This document shows positions 33,643 through 47,843 of a DNA stretch of 64,000 nucleotides, piece by piece. Position numbers and translations under genes: made by a program. Under the pieces are notes generated by a model that ran no database searches, was not told the DNA's origin, and saw only the letters and a program-made list of their open reading frames with translations. The stretch lies in the NCBI GenBank assembly GCA_964106915.2, contig OZ066922.1; one strand, given 5' to 3'. Source of the stretch: Podarcis gaigeae (Eukaryota). The first letter of the stretch is position 1. Every line of letters begins with the position of its first letter.

Positions 33643-36600
33643 TATTTGACTTTTCAGCCTGACACAAAAATCCTCTTACCCAGATTTGAGCACGTGCACA
33701 TAAAAAAATCACCAGAAGCTAAAACCTCCACTCCAATCTGAAATTTTGCTCAGATTGGCACCAAAAACATACAATTTAATTTCTGACATTGAGATATTTG
33801 CATTTCTATAACCACTTGAATCCAAAATCTGAAAAAATTGCATGCACCTAAAATAATGTTAGCTTTAGAAAGCATGTTTTTTCATACCTTAAAATTTCAG
33901 CAACATTCTGTGGATGTATCATATTGCTTCATCTTTGTAGAAAATAATTTCATAATTATATAGGTAGGCTGTCTTTAAAATGCAACCCAAACTATCACTT
34001 ACTTGAAAAACTATTGCTAACAAGCAAATTAGCTACAGAACTGAATGACAGCAGATCAATACTGACAGTAAAACTACAGAGATCTTGCTGATCGCATATT
34101 GTCTGTAAATGCAAACTGTAAAAGAGGCCCCCACAGACCTCACAACAATAACCTAAAGAAGAATGAGACACAAAGGGTTTTGAGCTTAAAGATGCTTCAA
34201 TTTCCCTAGACAGTTAGCCCTTGTCACATCAAACCACCTATTAGTCACAAACTCGTACAACTAAGAATTTTCAGGCCTCTTGAGGTCTCCTGTCATCTTG
34301 AAAGAAGCAATACCAATGAAAGACACTGTCTCCTCTTGTAACATGTTCAGTTTATTGTTTTTCAATGGCTCAAGCAATTTATGATGTCGTGCTGGACTCA
34401 CCATGACAGATAAATAAGTTTGGATGGCCTTTCCCCAGGAATGGATTAATGCGTCCATTGCTGATTTCTGAATGTTCAGAGTTAATGCAAGCAAAGGAAC
34501 ATGATACACTGAAAAGAGAAATATAGTGGCTAAACGATACAGTTCCTGATGCATCTTCTTCCAATCTAGTCTGATATGCCTGCCCGCTCACTATAAATGC
34601 ACTGAAGAGAACTAATTAGAGATACAGTATTCTTCTGACTAGGGATGAATGGATAGGTCTATTCAACTCCAAATCCATTTTACACATATTCTTTTCTAAA
34701 TCCAGTCTGTCAAAGCTCTGTGTGAAAATTCACTTGCAAATATGTTTTTATATACAGTATATCGCCCACACTAGACTTAAGAATTGGAGGTTGATAATGA
34801 ATTCCCTTGAATGTCATAATCCCTGGGGTAAGATTCCCCTTCTTCTGGTCAGAAGAGGAACTGCATAGGGGGCAAGCCCCAGAATCACTTCCACAAGAGT
34901 AGACCACAGTGCCAGGGGCCCTCTGGCCTGAGGATATCTCACTGCCATGCTCTGATTCAGTGGACTCCATCTCAGAAGCCCCAGTACAATGAGAGTCTCC
35001 TCTGCTCTGTCAAAGGAAAAGACTCCTGGTCTGGTCTGGGCCCTAATAATCGAACAGTCACTTTCCAATGAAGGAGGAGCTTACAATTATCAACAATGTG
35101 CTGATCCTAGATAGGGTTCAGTTTTAGCTTGACTGTTGCTGACTATGAGCCTGTACATCCCCTCCCAAAGCAGGTCATCCACATAATTCCCAGACACAAA
35201 AAGCACCTGCCCCACAGCACTCATTTCTTACTAGGCTTCAGACATAGTCTATTGGCTCCCATCCAGCTCCACTTTTTTTAGGCACCAGTCCAACACCTGC
35301 AGACCTCTCTTGATTCAGATGGAATGGAGAGATACAGCTGTGTGTCACTGGCTTGCTGAAGGCACTATATTCCAGATTCCTAGATGGCCACTCCCAACTG
35401 TTTTATATGGATGTCAAATGGTAAAGGAGAACATATGGACTCCTGAAGGACACACAGTCTAAAATCCATGTGGTCCATTCACAAAAAATGAGGATCTTTC
35501 CCTTGAATATTGTGTGGTTTAAGAACCATGTATTGTCTAGCATCATTCTCAAACAAAATGGATTCCTTTTCAGCTTCCACTATCCCACTATATATTCTAT
35601 GACAATCTTTGGCAACCAGGTGCCCTCAAGGTATTTGAGACAACAGCTTCCATCAACCCCCAGCCACTGCAAGCTGGGCCTGACTGGAATTGTAGTTCAA
35701 AACACTTGGAGAGCACCAGACTGGGTGAGGCTGTTCTAAGACAATGTCCAAAATATGTTGCTCTCCATTTGTCCCTTGAGAATGCGAATGAAGGGAAATT
35801 CACACAGATCTCATGTGCCTCAGTAATGTCTAAAAGGTAATTTAACAGACCAGCAACAGATGCTCTAATCAGAATGTTGTACATAAGAGGCAGCCACGTT
35901 TCCCACAAGGTTACCCTGTAATTACTGCGGGTGGTGGGAATTGATTTTAAAATACATTGCTAGATTGTTGGCCAGTTCCCCTCGCCTTCTCTTTTTAAAA
36001 CTGCTGCAACTATTTCTGAAAAGTGGAATGAAAAATTGACACAGGGTTTTCAAACCAAACATTCAGCTCTTTACTGAAAAAATTAGCAGGCAAACCTCAC
36101 AATGGAACTTTTAATTTATGCTATGGAATTTGGTTTTACAACTCATTCGCAAGATTTGTGATATTGCTGATGTATACCTTCCCTTTCTTCCAAACTGCTG
36201 TCACCTATGTTTCCTAAACAATAAATTCACCAACAGTATATTTTCTACAGGCACAAGAATACGTCTGGTTGAGAAGAAAAATGGTTTTGCTTTTGCCTGA
36301 CCCTCTGATGATTGATCAGATCATTGTCTGAGATGCTTTGCTACAACTCACTCTGATTTAAACCCTCAGCCCTCTATTAAAAAGTTAAAGTACATTTAAC
36401 CAGACAGTGTGTAGACGATACCCAGTTGCAGGTGAGGCCATTATCCTTTCTAATACTGGGTGTGACGAAAATGCCCCAGAGTTCCATAGAATCCCCTGGA
36501 AAAGACAGGGCTTCTCCCTTTGAACAATTCAATATGAAACTAAATTTATTTACCCAGTAAGTTTCTAAGAAGTACATACTTCTCTGTCTTATTTCCCACT

Positions 36601-38002
36601 GATGTGTGGGTTTTGATATAGGTAGCGAAAGTAACCTAATCCCTCAGTTTCCTGATTACTGTTGAAGTTTGTTGGGAGAGATGATCACAGGCAAATGAGT
36701 CGTCGGTAAACATACACACAATTTTCTATGTAAATAATTTTCCCCGGTGCAACTGAAAAATGAATGTACATGCTTATACTTCCCTACTAAAATAGCTGCT
36801 ACACCTCCACACCAAAGGGGAACCTGCCTGGAATCTTAGACTGTGTGCACACTGTATTTTCAAAGCACATTCATCATGCATTCTCTCTTTCTCAAAGCAT
36901 TCTGGGGACTGTGGTTTACCCCTCACAGAGTTACAAGTCACCTGGAGGAAACTACTTAGATGTTGAAACAGCAGATGGAGAAACAGTTGAATATGCCCAT
37001 CGCCTACCACTCCGCTACTCCCAATCCACGAGGAGCAGCTTTTCCTGATCTGAATGCATCATTGGAAGTCATTGCAAATGTTTGCATATTGTTTGAGCCT
37101 CAGTAAGGTCAGTATGGTAATGAAACTCTCTAATGGCTGAAAGAATTAATCATACAAATGCAGAGAAAATCCCAGTTAATGTATTATATGGGAGATTCAG
37201 GATCTTACACCAGCTGAAGAAACCTGATGGATATATGTGGGTTTAGAACCTTTACTCCTTGCAACAAAGAGCTTTTTCTTTATAAGTATGCAATTGAGAG
37301 TCCTTCCTATGAGTAGCGTCTAAAGGCAGAGAGTGTATAGACCAGCCTCTGCCAACCTGATCCCTCCAAATGTTTTGGACCACATTTTCCATCAGTCCTA
37401 GTCAAAATAGCTGAAGGGAGTTCTGGTCAGGTCCAGCAAAAGCAGTTTGTCAGGTCAGGCATCAGCTCAGGGGCCCAAACTCAGAAGGACCTTCACTTGC
37501 CATTCTTTCACTCACTGCTGGGACCAGCTCCTGTTCACAGTGGCTGGCGATCTGGCTGTTTCTAACTTCCATCTCTCTGCCTCAACTGAGCCCTAATAAA
37601 AGGTCAAATGAGTCTTTCTTCTCAGAAACTGGTATTCTGGACGGTATTCTGCCTTGGCAGCTAGAAAGTCCTTTTATACAAGGACATTGTCCTCCATCCT
37701 TGCTTTCTTCAAACTTCTGCCTTTGTTTTAAACCACTACTTTTTCTGCTCAAAGGCTTCCCACCATTGCTATACTCAAACTTCTTCCATTGTGTGAAACT
37801 ACCACTTTTGCCCTCTCAGTTGAGAACCTGTCGTACAAAGAGATCCCTTTCTTCCTCCCCACCCGGGTCTTCCCTTAACCGCACAACCTGCTTGATGCAG
37901 AATATATTAATTCAACTCTCTAAAGGTGGACAGTGGAAGATAGTTCAAGTGTATCATTTATCTGGAGGGTTCTGCCTTTGCATCCCTCTTAGGAATTTAC
38001 CA

Positions 38003-38297
38003 TAATAATAATAATAATAATAATTTATATCCCACCCATCTAACAGAATATTAAAAACATGATAAAACATCAGACATTAAAAACTTCTCTAAACAGGGCT
38101 GCCTTCAGATGTCTTCTGAAAGTCAGATAGTTGTTTATTTCCTTGACATCTGATGGGAGGGTGTTCTACAGTGCAGGCGCCACTACTGAGAAGGCCCTCT
38201 GCCTGGTTCCCTGTAACCTCACTTCTCACAGGGAGGGAACCGCCAGACGGCCCTCAGTGCTGGACCTCAGTGTCCAGACTGAATGATGGGGGTGGAG
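38003..38297 (-). mobile_element. L2-like LINE 3' fragment
   Basis: Same family as 6592-6990, with the (AAT)n tail at the left end. Confidence 0.78.
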
Positions 38298-41200
38298 AAT
38301 ATGAGTAAAATATGAGAGTTTTGCAGCTTGACAAGTGATCACTGTTTGAACATTCACATTGCCAGAGGATTAGCATGCTATATTGTGTGTAAAAGACCCA
38401 TAGCAGCAGCAGCCCAGAATATTTCCACTGTTTTATTTGTCTAATTTTATATTTCCTTGTCGTGTTACATAATGGTCTAGATTCGCTGTGGAATTTTTTT
38501 CCAGCTTTGTATTGAGAAAAATATATATTCAAACTGTGCTGGCTGCTGCAATGCAGTTCAGTTCATTGCCAGGGCTTGTGAACAAAAAGAAGGCAGTGTT
38601 TAAAAAATTTTCAAAGAGCAAAAGGTGAAGATTAACCGGCAAAAGCACAAGTGGAGATTAATTTTATGGTGGAATGTCACCACAATAAATGAGCAGCAAG
38701 TTCCTGTGGCTAAATGAATTTATATTGAGGCTGTCTTATAAATGGCATTTTAATCTAGTGGTGGAAAGAGAGGAGGGGAGAGAAAAGGAGAAAACCCTTA
38801 GCTATTAAACCTTCCCAATAAGGGGAATGCATTTTGCAAGGAATCAGATGTGTTTATTTCTGGCATTCTGTTTTGAAGCTAAGTGCTTGGGGAAACCAAA
38901 TCAGCATAAACATCAGAACATGGGTAGCAGTGTTTCACTTTTTGCCCCAGTTAGCAAACCAAATTAATGCACATCAAAATGCCCTTTTCATGTTGGGAGA
39001 GGAGGAAGGTTGTCCAAAAAAGCATCATGACAAGCTACCATAGGGAGACATCCCACAATAATCAATCGTCAATCAGTCATGGAAACTGCTTATTCTGCTT
39101 TTATGCAGCACTCTTCATTACTCCCCTTGTATAGTTCTCAAGAGGGAAGAGATAAAGGTTTCTTTCAATGAATAAAGCAATAGCTTCCTTGCTGTGAAAA
39201 ACAAATCAACCAGCCCAAACATTTTATTCTGTCCTGAGAAAGGTCCCATATAACACAAACTGAAGCAAAAGTGAAGTTCTCCTGCTGGAAAAAGAGGGGA
39301 AAATAACCTTCTAGTGGAGGAAATAACATTCCCCTCTGCATCAAAAAGTAGTCGACAAAAAATATTCTTTTACTCACTATTTGTTTATTCAATTTATTTC
39401 TCAGTCACCTTTCAGGTCTAAGCCCTCACAAAGCAGCCTGCAGAGAGAAAGAAAAGCAGTAGAAAGAGATAAAGAGTTGTACGAGAGACTGAGATCACCA
39501 AAATTCTCTATGGTGAAAAGATTTGATTTAAAGGCTTCCTCCAGCACCAAAACTGAAGGGGCCAAGTGAGAGATTTCTACAACTACAGGGCCACCACTGA
39601 GAAGGCTCAGTCCTCGCCAAGTTAATTGATTTTACCACTGGCCACACAAGCAGGATCTCGGCTACAGATCTTAGATTACAGCAGGATCCTATGGGTGGAG
39701 AAAGGCCTTACATACTGTCCTCGGCCAGATGTAAAAAAATGTCTCAGTCAAATGTATGACCTTTTAAAGTCAGAAAAGACTTGTGATGAGAAAATGCATC
39801 TAAGTTTATTAAAAGGTTAATAACACCATTACCCAAAGGTAAAGGTTAGGTAACTAAATTAAAAATGCTATGCTTCCCAAAAGTAAATGCAACATAAATG
39901 GCTTGAATTTACAGTTTTCCTCCTTAATATTATAATTCATTCCTCTCGGGGACCTGAACAGACTAATATTAGACCTTGCCAGAAGAGGGGAGAAAGCCAC
40001 GGCTTGTCTCCTTTGCTGTTTATTTTTGAATCATATGCATTTTCTTTCCTCTAAGTGAGCCGACCACCAATTTGGCACCCAATCGGCACCACTAAATAAC
40101 AACTGGATGCTGATGCTCTTTGCAAGGGAAGGAGAGAGATTTTGAATTTATTTTCATAGTGGAAAAATAGGTTTGCCAAAATAGCTTCAGTTTATGGAAA
40201 GGGAGGAACAGCTGTATTTGGTTTATAATAAATCTTTGACAAATCAGTAAAAGCAAATAGACAGCACAACTGTAACCCATAAAAGTGGAAAATATTAAAC
40301 AACAGGCAGTGAAGTTGTTAAACTTTCCCACAGATGCTGCTGGTAAAAGCCTTTGCAAAACATCAACGTGAAACATTCAGGAGGAGAGGAATCTGGGAGC
40401 AAAGGGGCATGAGAAGGAGATGAAATTCCTTCTTATTAGAGGAATATCCCGTTAATGTGACAACTCTAGGTATGAGGACGAAGGTCTCTCAAGCATTTCT
40501 GGGCCCCCTCCTATTACTGAATGTTGGTGCAGAATAATTACTTGCTCTCAAAAAAAAAGAAGAAGAAGAAGAAGGAAAAAAATGACAGGACATTGACACT
40601 GCAGACTTATTGAATTTGTATTGCTTGCCTCCAGGCCATATCGGGGGTTATTCAATTTTGCCTGAGGAGGACAACCTATTATGAGAGATGAGTCAAGAAG
40701 GCATCTCCTCTGATTGCCCACCAAAACCATTATCGCAGCACTGAGAGGGCAGCAGCAGCGAGTGGACAGACAAGACAACGCTGATCTCGATTACCTAGGG
40801 ACAAGATACAATTTACATTACTTGAAGCAATAGGACAGAGGGCAATCAGCCTAGGGAATAGGCCTGCAGATCAGGAGTGCAGTGCAGGTATTAACAGTAC
40901 TGGAGAAACTGAGCTAATTGCTTATGCTGGGCCTGATGACCTCTAGCCTTACACGATATTAACTGATTGGCTTGATCTGTAATTAGATGAACCGACTCTA
41001 CATTGCCAAGACCTGAAGTTTTCACTGATCAGGCAGTTTGGAGTGTGTGCATGGACTCGTTCCTTTCTTTTCACAGTGGAAAAATAAGTTTGCCTAAATA
41101 TCGTACATTGTTATATATTCTGCACACATTACATATTGTTATATGATACACACTCATTGTGTGTTGCTGTACCTTATATACTGATGTCTCTTATTTAAGG

Positions 41201-42454
41201 AAGCAGGTGTCCTGTCAAGTTTAGCTCATTGTCTCAGTTTTGTGATGTTCTCATTGCATTGCAGAACCTGGCACAGAAGGAAATGCAAAATTTTACCCAC
41301 AATGTTTCATGAATAAAATACAGCTGTCGCTCAATACTTTTCTGCATGTAAGTGAAATAATCTTAATAGCTGTGGGGATGGAACTGGATTTGCAACCCAA
41401 GGTACAGCAGGCACATGCAATTTCTAAATTAGTTCAGCATAACAGTCATATTTAGGTATGTTAAGCATGTGATGAGGGGAGATAGGAAATGAGAAACATT
41501 CAGTGTTATAACCAGCCAAGCTGTTTCAGAATATTCAGTTCTATTCCTCTTCTTTTAGTTTTCTGTTCTCCTTTCATAACGGCCTGCCTACATCCCTGCT
41601 GAGCATACTCAGTCATCATTGGGTTGTTTGGTGGCAGGGTTTTCTTGCAGTTCTTTTCTTTCTTTCTTTTTTTAAAAAAGTCTGTAGCTGAGTTTTCTCA
41701 AGCTTGCAGATATCTGACTCTTCTCTGTGAGTCAGAAATGGCTTGCCAGGTGGGGCAGAGCCACAACACTAACTTCCTGGCAGAAGGGCTACTGTTGCTT
41801 ACCAGGAATGTAAAGTGGAGGTGTGAGGCTTAGGGGAGTCAGCAAGGTGCTACCCACCTTCCCACCCTTCTCTCTCTCAGAAAACAGCAATAACCCATCT
41901 GCCAGAAACTTACATTAGTGGCTCCCCGTTGAGAGAATGAGTTCAATGCTAGCATGCAGAATTGTTCTAGATAAGATTCCCAGAAGAGAGCCTCTGCCAA
42001 AGACTTTGAGGGTCCACGGCAGTGATGGACCCTCCACTAACCTCCATTAATCCCAACAAATAGCCAGGAAGGGCTCAGATGGTCCTGAGCCTTCCTCCCT
42101 TGGAGTTCTGTCCCATTATCCACATAAATACTTTTAATGATATTCATCTTTAGCATTCAGTGAATTGATGTCTCTTTACATTGGCCATAGCTCTTTGATA
42201 CCATCACTGTTTGGCTTGCGTTTAGTTTTTGCCAGTCTCCCTAGGACCCTGCCACCTCCTGCTCTCACTCAGGATGTACTGAGTGATGACCTGGGCTATC
42301 ATAGTGATCCCTCTTCTCCGGGGTTGTATACAGTGCCTCCTCCAACAAGCAGCCCTCGCCATATGTTACAGAATATGTCCTTTTCATACTCAGAGGTGAT
42401 CCCAGCAGTCCCAGGAGCAGTGGGATACTTTGGATCTTGTTCTCCAAGATCAAA

Positions 42455-42635
42455 GGAAGCTGCCTTACACTGAGACAGACATTTGGTCCATCTAGTTTGG
42501 TATTGTCTACACTGATTGGCAGTACTTATCCAGGTTTCCAGACAATGTTCCCTCACATCCTTACCTGTAGATGGCAGGGATTGAACCTGGGACCTACTTC
42601 ACACAAAGTAATGTGTCTGCCACTGAGCTACAACC
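42455..42635 (-). mobile_element. tRNA-derived SINE (Ala-like head)
   Basis: Reverse complement reads GTAGCTCAGTGGCAGA...GGTCCCAGGTTCAATCCC; tail shared with 56604-56760. Confidence 0.7.
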
Positions 42636-45600
42636 TTTCCTTAATTGCACAAAGGAGAGAAACTCCAACTATGGATGGGGAGATCCAATGTTTGGTTTCC
42701 CTTCCCCACCACTGCAGAAACTCCCTTGGCCCTGGTCTTATAGATATCATTGCTCCAACATTTGAAGGGTCAAGAAGATAGATGTTTGGAGCAATTTAGG
42801 AGCAGGACAGGGTCTTCCCATGTTCCCAGTTCTCCAACACACCCTGAAGCCAAGGCTGAATTATGCCAGCCTCAGGAACTGGCATGGCTCAATCCCATTT
42901 ATTTCCACCCCATTGTGAGGATGCTCCTCTGCCCTCAGTTCTGCCCTGCTGTCTCTGTATTGGAAAAGTGTACTTTTTTGTAACATACAAGTGAGATGCC
43001 ACTCCAAAGAACCCTGGAGAAGGGGCATTCGATCAGGTGGAAGAACTGCCTTTGGTTCCCCCGCTGATCTGTAGGATTGCAGCCTAAAAATCTTATGCAG
43101 AGAAGCCCAGAAATCAAAATGTAAAGCTAGTGTTACTGCTTCAAGTATATAGCACTGTTTTAAAGCTCTAGATTTGTGGCTCAAGAAGACAATTTCATGG
43201 TGATAATGCAAATATGGAAGAACACCAGTCTTACTTATGCCATGATTTGAATGTTAGTTAAAACCTTAATATCCTGAGCTTACAATGCTAGATCTTTATA
43301 TCCTCAGTAAAGCAACTTGCTAAATTTAAAAAAAGTCTCATATTTTATTTCCATTACTTGATCTACGCTACTACATTTTTTAAGGAGCAGAATTTAAATT
43401 TTAAAAATTAAAAATGTTATCCGTAGATTACAAAGGCCAAGAAGCAGGCAAAGAATATATAAATACAATGGTATATAGTCAGTGTGGGATATCGAATTAT
43501 ATGCTAGTATTCTTAAGTTTTGTGAATGGAAAGACAGGAAGTACTTTGGTTCATCAAGTGGCTACAGCCCTTTTCATTATGGTGGGTTATGGAAAGGGAA
43601 GTTGGAGGACACGACTAGATTTGCAGAGAAGGCAACTCTAGCATCAGCTACAACATTCATAGCTTGTGCTTTACGAGATGGAAAACAAATCATTGTGAAA
43701 AACAGTGATTTGATTAAAAAAACTCATGACACTGATGAGAAATGGTTTAAGTTTAGTTGAGTTCAATAGGATGTACTTCTGCACTGTGAAATTCTGAGTT
43801 TTCTCCCCTTGCAATTGTATTGTAGGAAATGGCTTTTACACTGTAGTGGGGGCAAAGGGAGGGATACAGTCCCCCTTCTGTTCCCATCAGTGACCATATC
43901 CAGATCAAGGAGCCCATGCCTATTGACTTTTTTTTAAAAAAAAATAAAAAAATGCCATTGCTAGCAATGTCAAGTTTAGTTTGGCCTACATGCACTGGAT
44001 TGCACTGTTAATTTAATTCAGCTGTATATTTGGTGCTTCATCCTGTCAGATGCTCAGTTTGAAGGCATGTGGGTATCTTCTACCCCACTAATTCACCCTT
44101 TTATGCAACTGGCATCTGAAATAGTAAAAAAATAGTAAAGTAAACATGTGGAATATTAATCCAAACATCACTGCTTAACTTACCTCCTATTGTCATTACA
44201 CTGTTCTGTCTTTGGCATTCCAGTTGGTTGAACTTTGACTGCAGGCTGAGGGGGGCATTCTTCCCTGCTACTACTTCTGGATGTCTTATTAACATTCAGC
44301 ACTGTGGACCGTCACATTTTGCTCTGGTGCTGAGAATGGCTGGTGGGCATTAGTAGTTTTCCTCTTGAGAAGATGCAGTTCCATCTGGAGTTATCAGAGA
44401 GATGAGCTCAGCATCCTTGAATCAGGTCACAAGGGCCAGCATTTTGTTATCTTTGTTGTTTGACACCTATATGAAGCCTTTAGATGAGACTGCCCTGAGT
44501 TTTGGAGTTGGGTATCACCAGTATGCTGGATAATACCTAGTTTTGTGTTATTTGAACAAGTAGCAGGAGTGAAGTTTCTGCCTCAATATTAAATCAGAGT
44601 TTGGAGATGATGATCTAGTTGAACACACAGAGACTAGATCCAGAGCAGAGGTGACATTGCTGGAGTTGGGGCCAATGGTGAGTGTTCTGTTCCAAGCAAT
44701 GGCCTCAGTATAACAGGGGTTCTGACCCAAGGCAAAAGTCTAAATTCTGAAAAGCAGAGCAAGGAGAACTGAAGCAGGACAATGTCTGGGTGCAGGAGAG
44801 AAGTGAAGCAAGAGTTACAGGATTCAGTGGCACCCTGGACAGCGCCACAGAGGACTCAGGTTGGACACTCTGTAAGAGTAGAGCTCAAATGCTGTTTCAG
44901 CACTAGTCAACCTCTGACTGAGACTTACATATACACCTCTGAGTAGGGAGAGGAGACTCCTCATTTAAAGGGGCCCACCATAGCTGTCAGCTCTAATGAA
45001 GCAGGGGCGTTTGCAGGTGAACTCGGAGTCCTGAACAGGAATCAGAGGAAGGCAACATAACCTTCCCAAGCTAGAGAGGAACTGACACAATGGAGTCCTC
45101 TGTTAGCAGTGCTTACAAAATAGTACAGCTGGATTTGAGATCAGTTTCTTCTCCCAATCTAAATACCTGACTTCATCTCCCAAAAGTGAGGAGTCTGACT
45201 TAAGAGTGAAATTTTATTGTAGTTGATTGGGTTGCCTAACTGTAATATGTTTGTACCTGGAACAGTTCCTGGACTTGGTGGTGCAGGTGGCAATTGTGGT
45301 CAAAGGTGCAGTCCATCACATATGTTACATAGCCCCTGTCCTTTCTTGTAGAAGATGGATCTTGTTAACTTCATGTGTGGTGTTGAAAGCTGACTCTTCC
45401 AGCTCCTAAATGAGATATACTGGTTTGGGAAAAGTAAATCACACCCTTGCTAAGTGCACCCCCCTTGCTAATTCTAACAGCATCTCTCAGCAATTTATGT
45501 GATCAATCTCACAGGGCAGTATTCCTTTAATCTGACCCAACAATATACCTTCATTGAATTCAATCCATTGTTTTAGAGAGCTAACCTCTTCCTGGTTCTG

Positions 45601-47522
45601 GAAGCCAATGGAACTCAATCAGCACCTCATTTGGGAAAAAATTGACTTGAAACATTGATTCTCAAGGCGCTGGCTTAAGGTACCAAATTGATCCCATTTG
45701 TAGATTAGTGTCACAGCCTCTGTTTTATATGAACCTTCTTTTAAAATTAGTCCTTTTGGGCCATTTCCTAATATGGTAAAATGTTCTTCAGTCAGGTCAT
45801 TGAAGTTTATGTGTAAATTCTGATAACTACTGAACACATTTTGGTATTTAAGTTATTTTTTCTATTAAATGCAGTGACTTAACTATATTTAAACCATACT
45901 TGATGAGATCCCACAGCTTATCTAGGAAATATTTCATCAAATTTATCCTATGCCATGGTAAACATCGTATGGAATCATAGAATTGTAGAGTTGATGGGGA
46001 CACCAATGGACATCTAGCACAATCCCCTGAAATACAGGAATCTCAACACGTGGTGCTCCAACAATTTGAAACCATACCATACTTATCTTTTGCAAATGTG
46101 CTAGCAGCTTTATTTCTGCATTGGATGGGTTGGGGTGGGTACATGGAAGACAAATTCTTACAAGCCCTTCCTTTCTCAAACCTTGGCAAACTCTACTGAA
46201 AGAACTTTGACCACTTGTATTTGGGATCACCTAGACAAATGTCTTCTTTCTCAACTGGATAAAGTGGCCTGGATCTTGAATGAGATCAGAGGAAAGGAAG
46301 TAATGAACTATGGGATCACAAAACCAAGGGACAATTATAGCTATAATTGTACCTAATGTGTTCCCTTGACGATGGTCATGAAAATTGGCTTGACTAAGCC
46401 CACCAAGTGCCTTCTGTTAATTTCTACATCGTATTGAACTTTCATGCAATGTAAAAACCACTTCCCAAAACACGGTGGAATATAGCGCCAGTTTAGCACT
46501 CCTCTCTATGTTAATTGCAAACTGGATTCCCCCTGCCCCGAAAGCAAATAACATGGAAAGGAGTGCTAAGCTTGTGCTATATTTCTGGGAATGGCTTTTC
46601 CATCGTGTGAAAGCTCAAATGTGATATGGAAATCAACCACTAGTCAGGGAAAGTCAGGAAAAGGGAAGAAAAGGCCGTGTGAAAGGCCTGTGTCACTTGA
46701 CTGACTTTCCGTCCCCAAATGCCAGCAGAAGAAACCACAGCCCTGCCCACAGAAACTGTCCAATTACAGAGCAGCACAACAATGAATAAAGATCTCTCTG
46801 TAACTCAGTGGACTGTGTATTCTGACTACAGTGCTGAGCCTTTCCACTTGGCTGCTCTCATTAACAGGCCTTACATGACTAATGCGACTAAACATGATCT
46901 CATTCACTGGTTGGCAGATAAACCTATTAAACACTGGCAAGAACCTCATTTCAAGAATAGGATCATCATCTCTCTGCCCAGGGAGGAGGACTTATTTAGA
47001 TAAAGACTTAGGAATTCAGCCCCCCCCTTCCTGGCCAAAAAGTTGGCAGTTGTCTGTACAATGCAGAGCATTTTAAAATGTAGAGGTCCATAATGGGTCT
47101 GGCAGGGTTGCTGTCAATAGTCTTGATGAGATCTGTGTCAAGAGCTGAAGATGTCGGGATTTCTACCATTTAAACCTTGCTGCTCATGGTGCTTGCAAAC
47201 TGTTGCAGGCACTTCACTTTTGAGTCTTCTATTTGCTCTGAAAAATAAAGAATGTTTACAACGGAAGCATATTCAGGTCAAATAAATTCCACTGAGATCC
47301 ATAGGACTTACTCTCAGGCAAGCAGGTATAGGGTTGCAGATAAAATGAGCAGAAAGCGTGCAAAAAAGAAGAATGGGGCTGTATACACGCTACATCTTTA
47401 AAGCACATTCGAAGCACATGCTTTCCCTCAGAGTTCTGGGAACTGTAGTTCTCAAGGGTTGCTGGGAATTGTAACTCTGTGAGGGGTAAACTACAGCACC
47501 CAGAATTCTTTGGGAAAAAGAA

Positions 47523-47843
47523 TAGCCACATTCACAACCGTACGTTCAAAGCACTGTGATTCTATTTTGGGGCTTCCCCTCAAAAATCCTAAGTGCTGTA
47601 TTTTGTTAAGAGTGCTGAGAGTTGTCAGGAATATCTCTATTCCCCTCATAGGGATACAGCTCCTAGCAATTTGGGGCAGAGGGATTGATTATTAAACCAC
47701 TCTGAGAATTGCAGCTCTGGAAGGGGAATTGGGGCCTCCTAATAACTTTCAGCACCCTTTACAAACTACAGCTCCCAGAATTCTTTGAGGGAAGCCATGC
47801 CTGTTTAAAGTGTTATCATAAATGTATGGTGTGAATGTGGCCA
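47523..47843. mobile_element. Palindromic non-autonomous DNA transposon (same family as 506-810)
   Basis: TAGCCACATTCACA / TGTGAATGTGGCCA inverted ends. Confidence 0.65.

Noticed and set aside
44540-45090. LTR-like segments (also ~3408-3700, ~34810-35450, ~37400-37660)
   Set aside because: Could not find matching TG/CA ends with a TSD.
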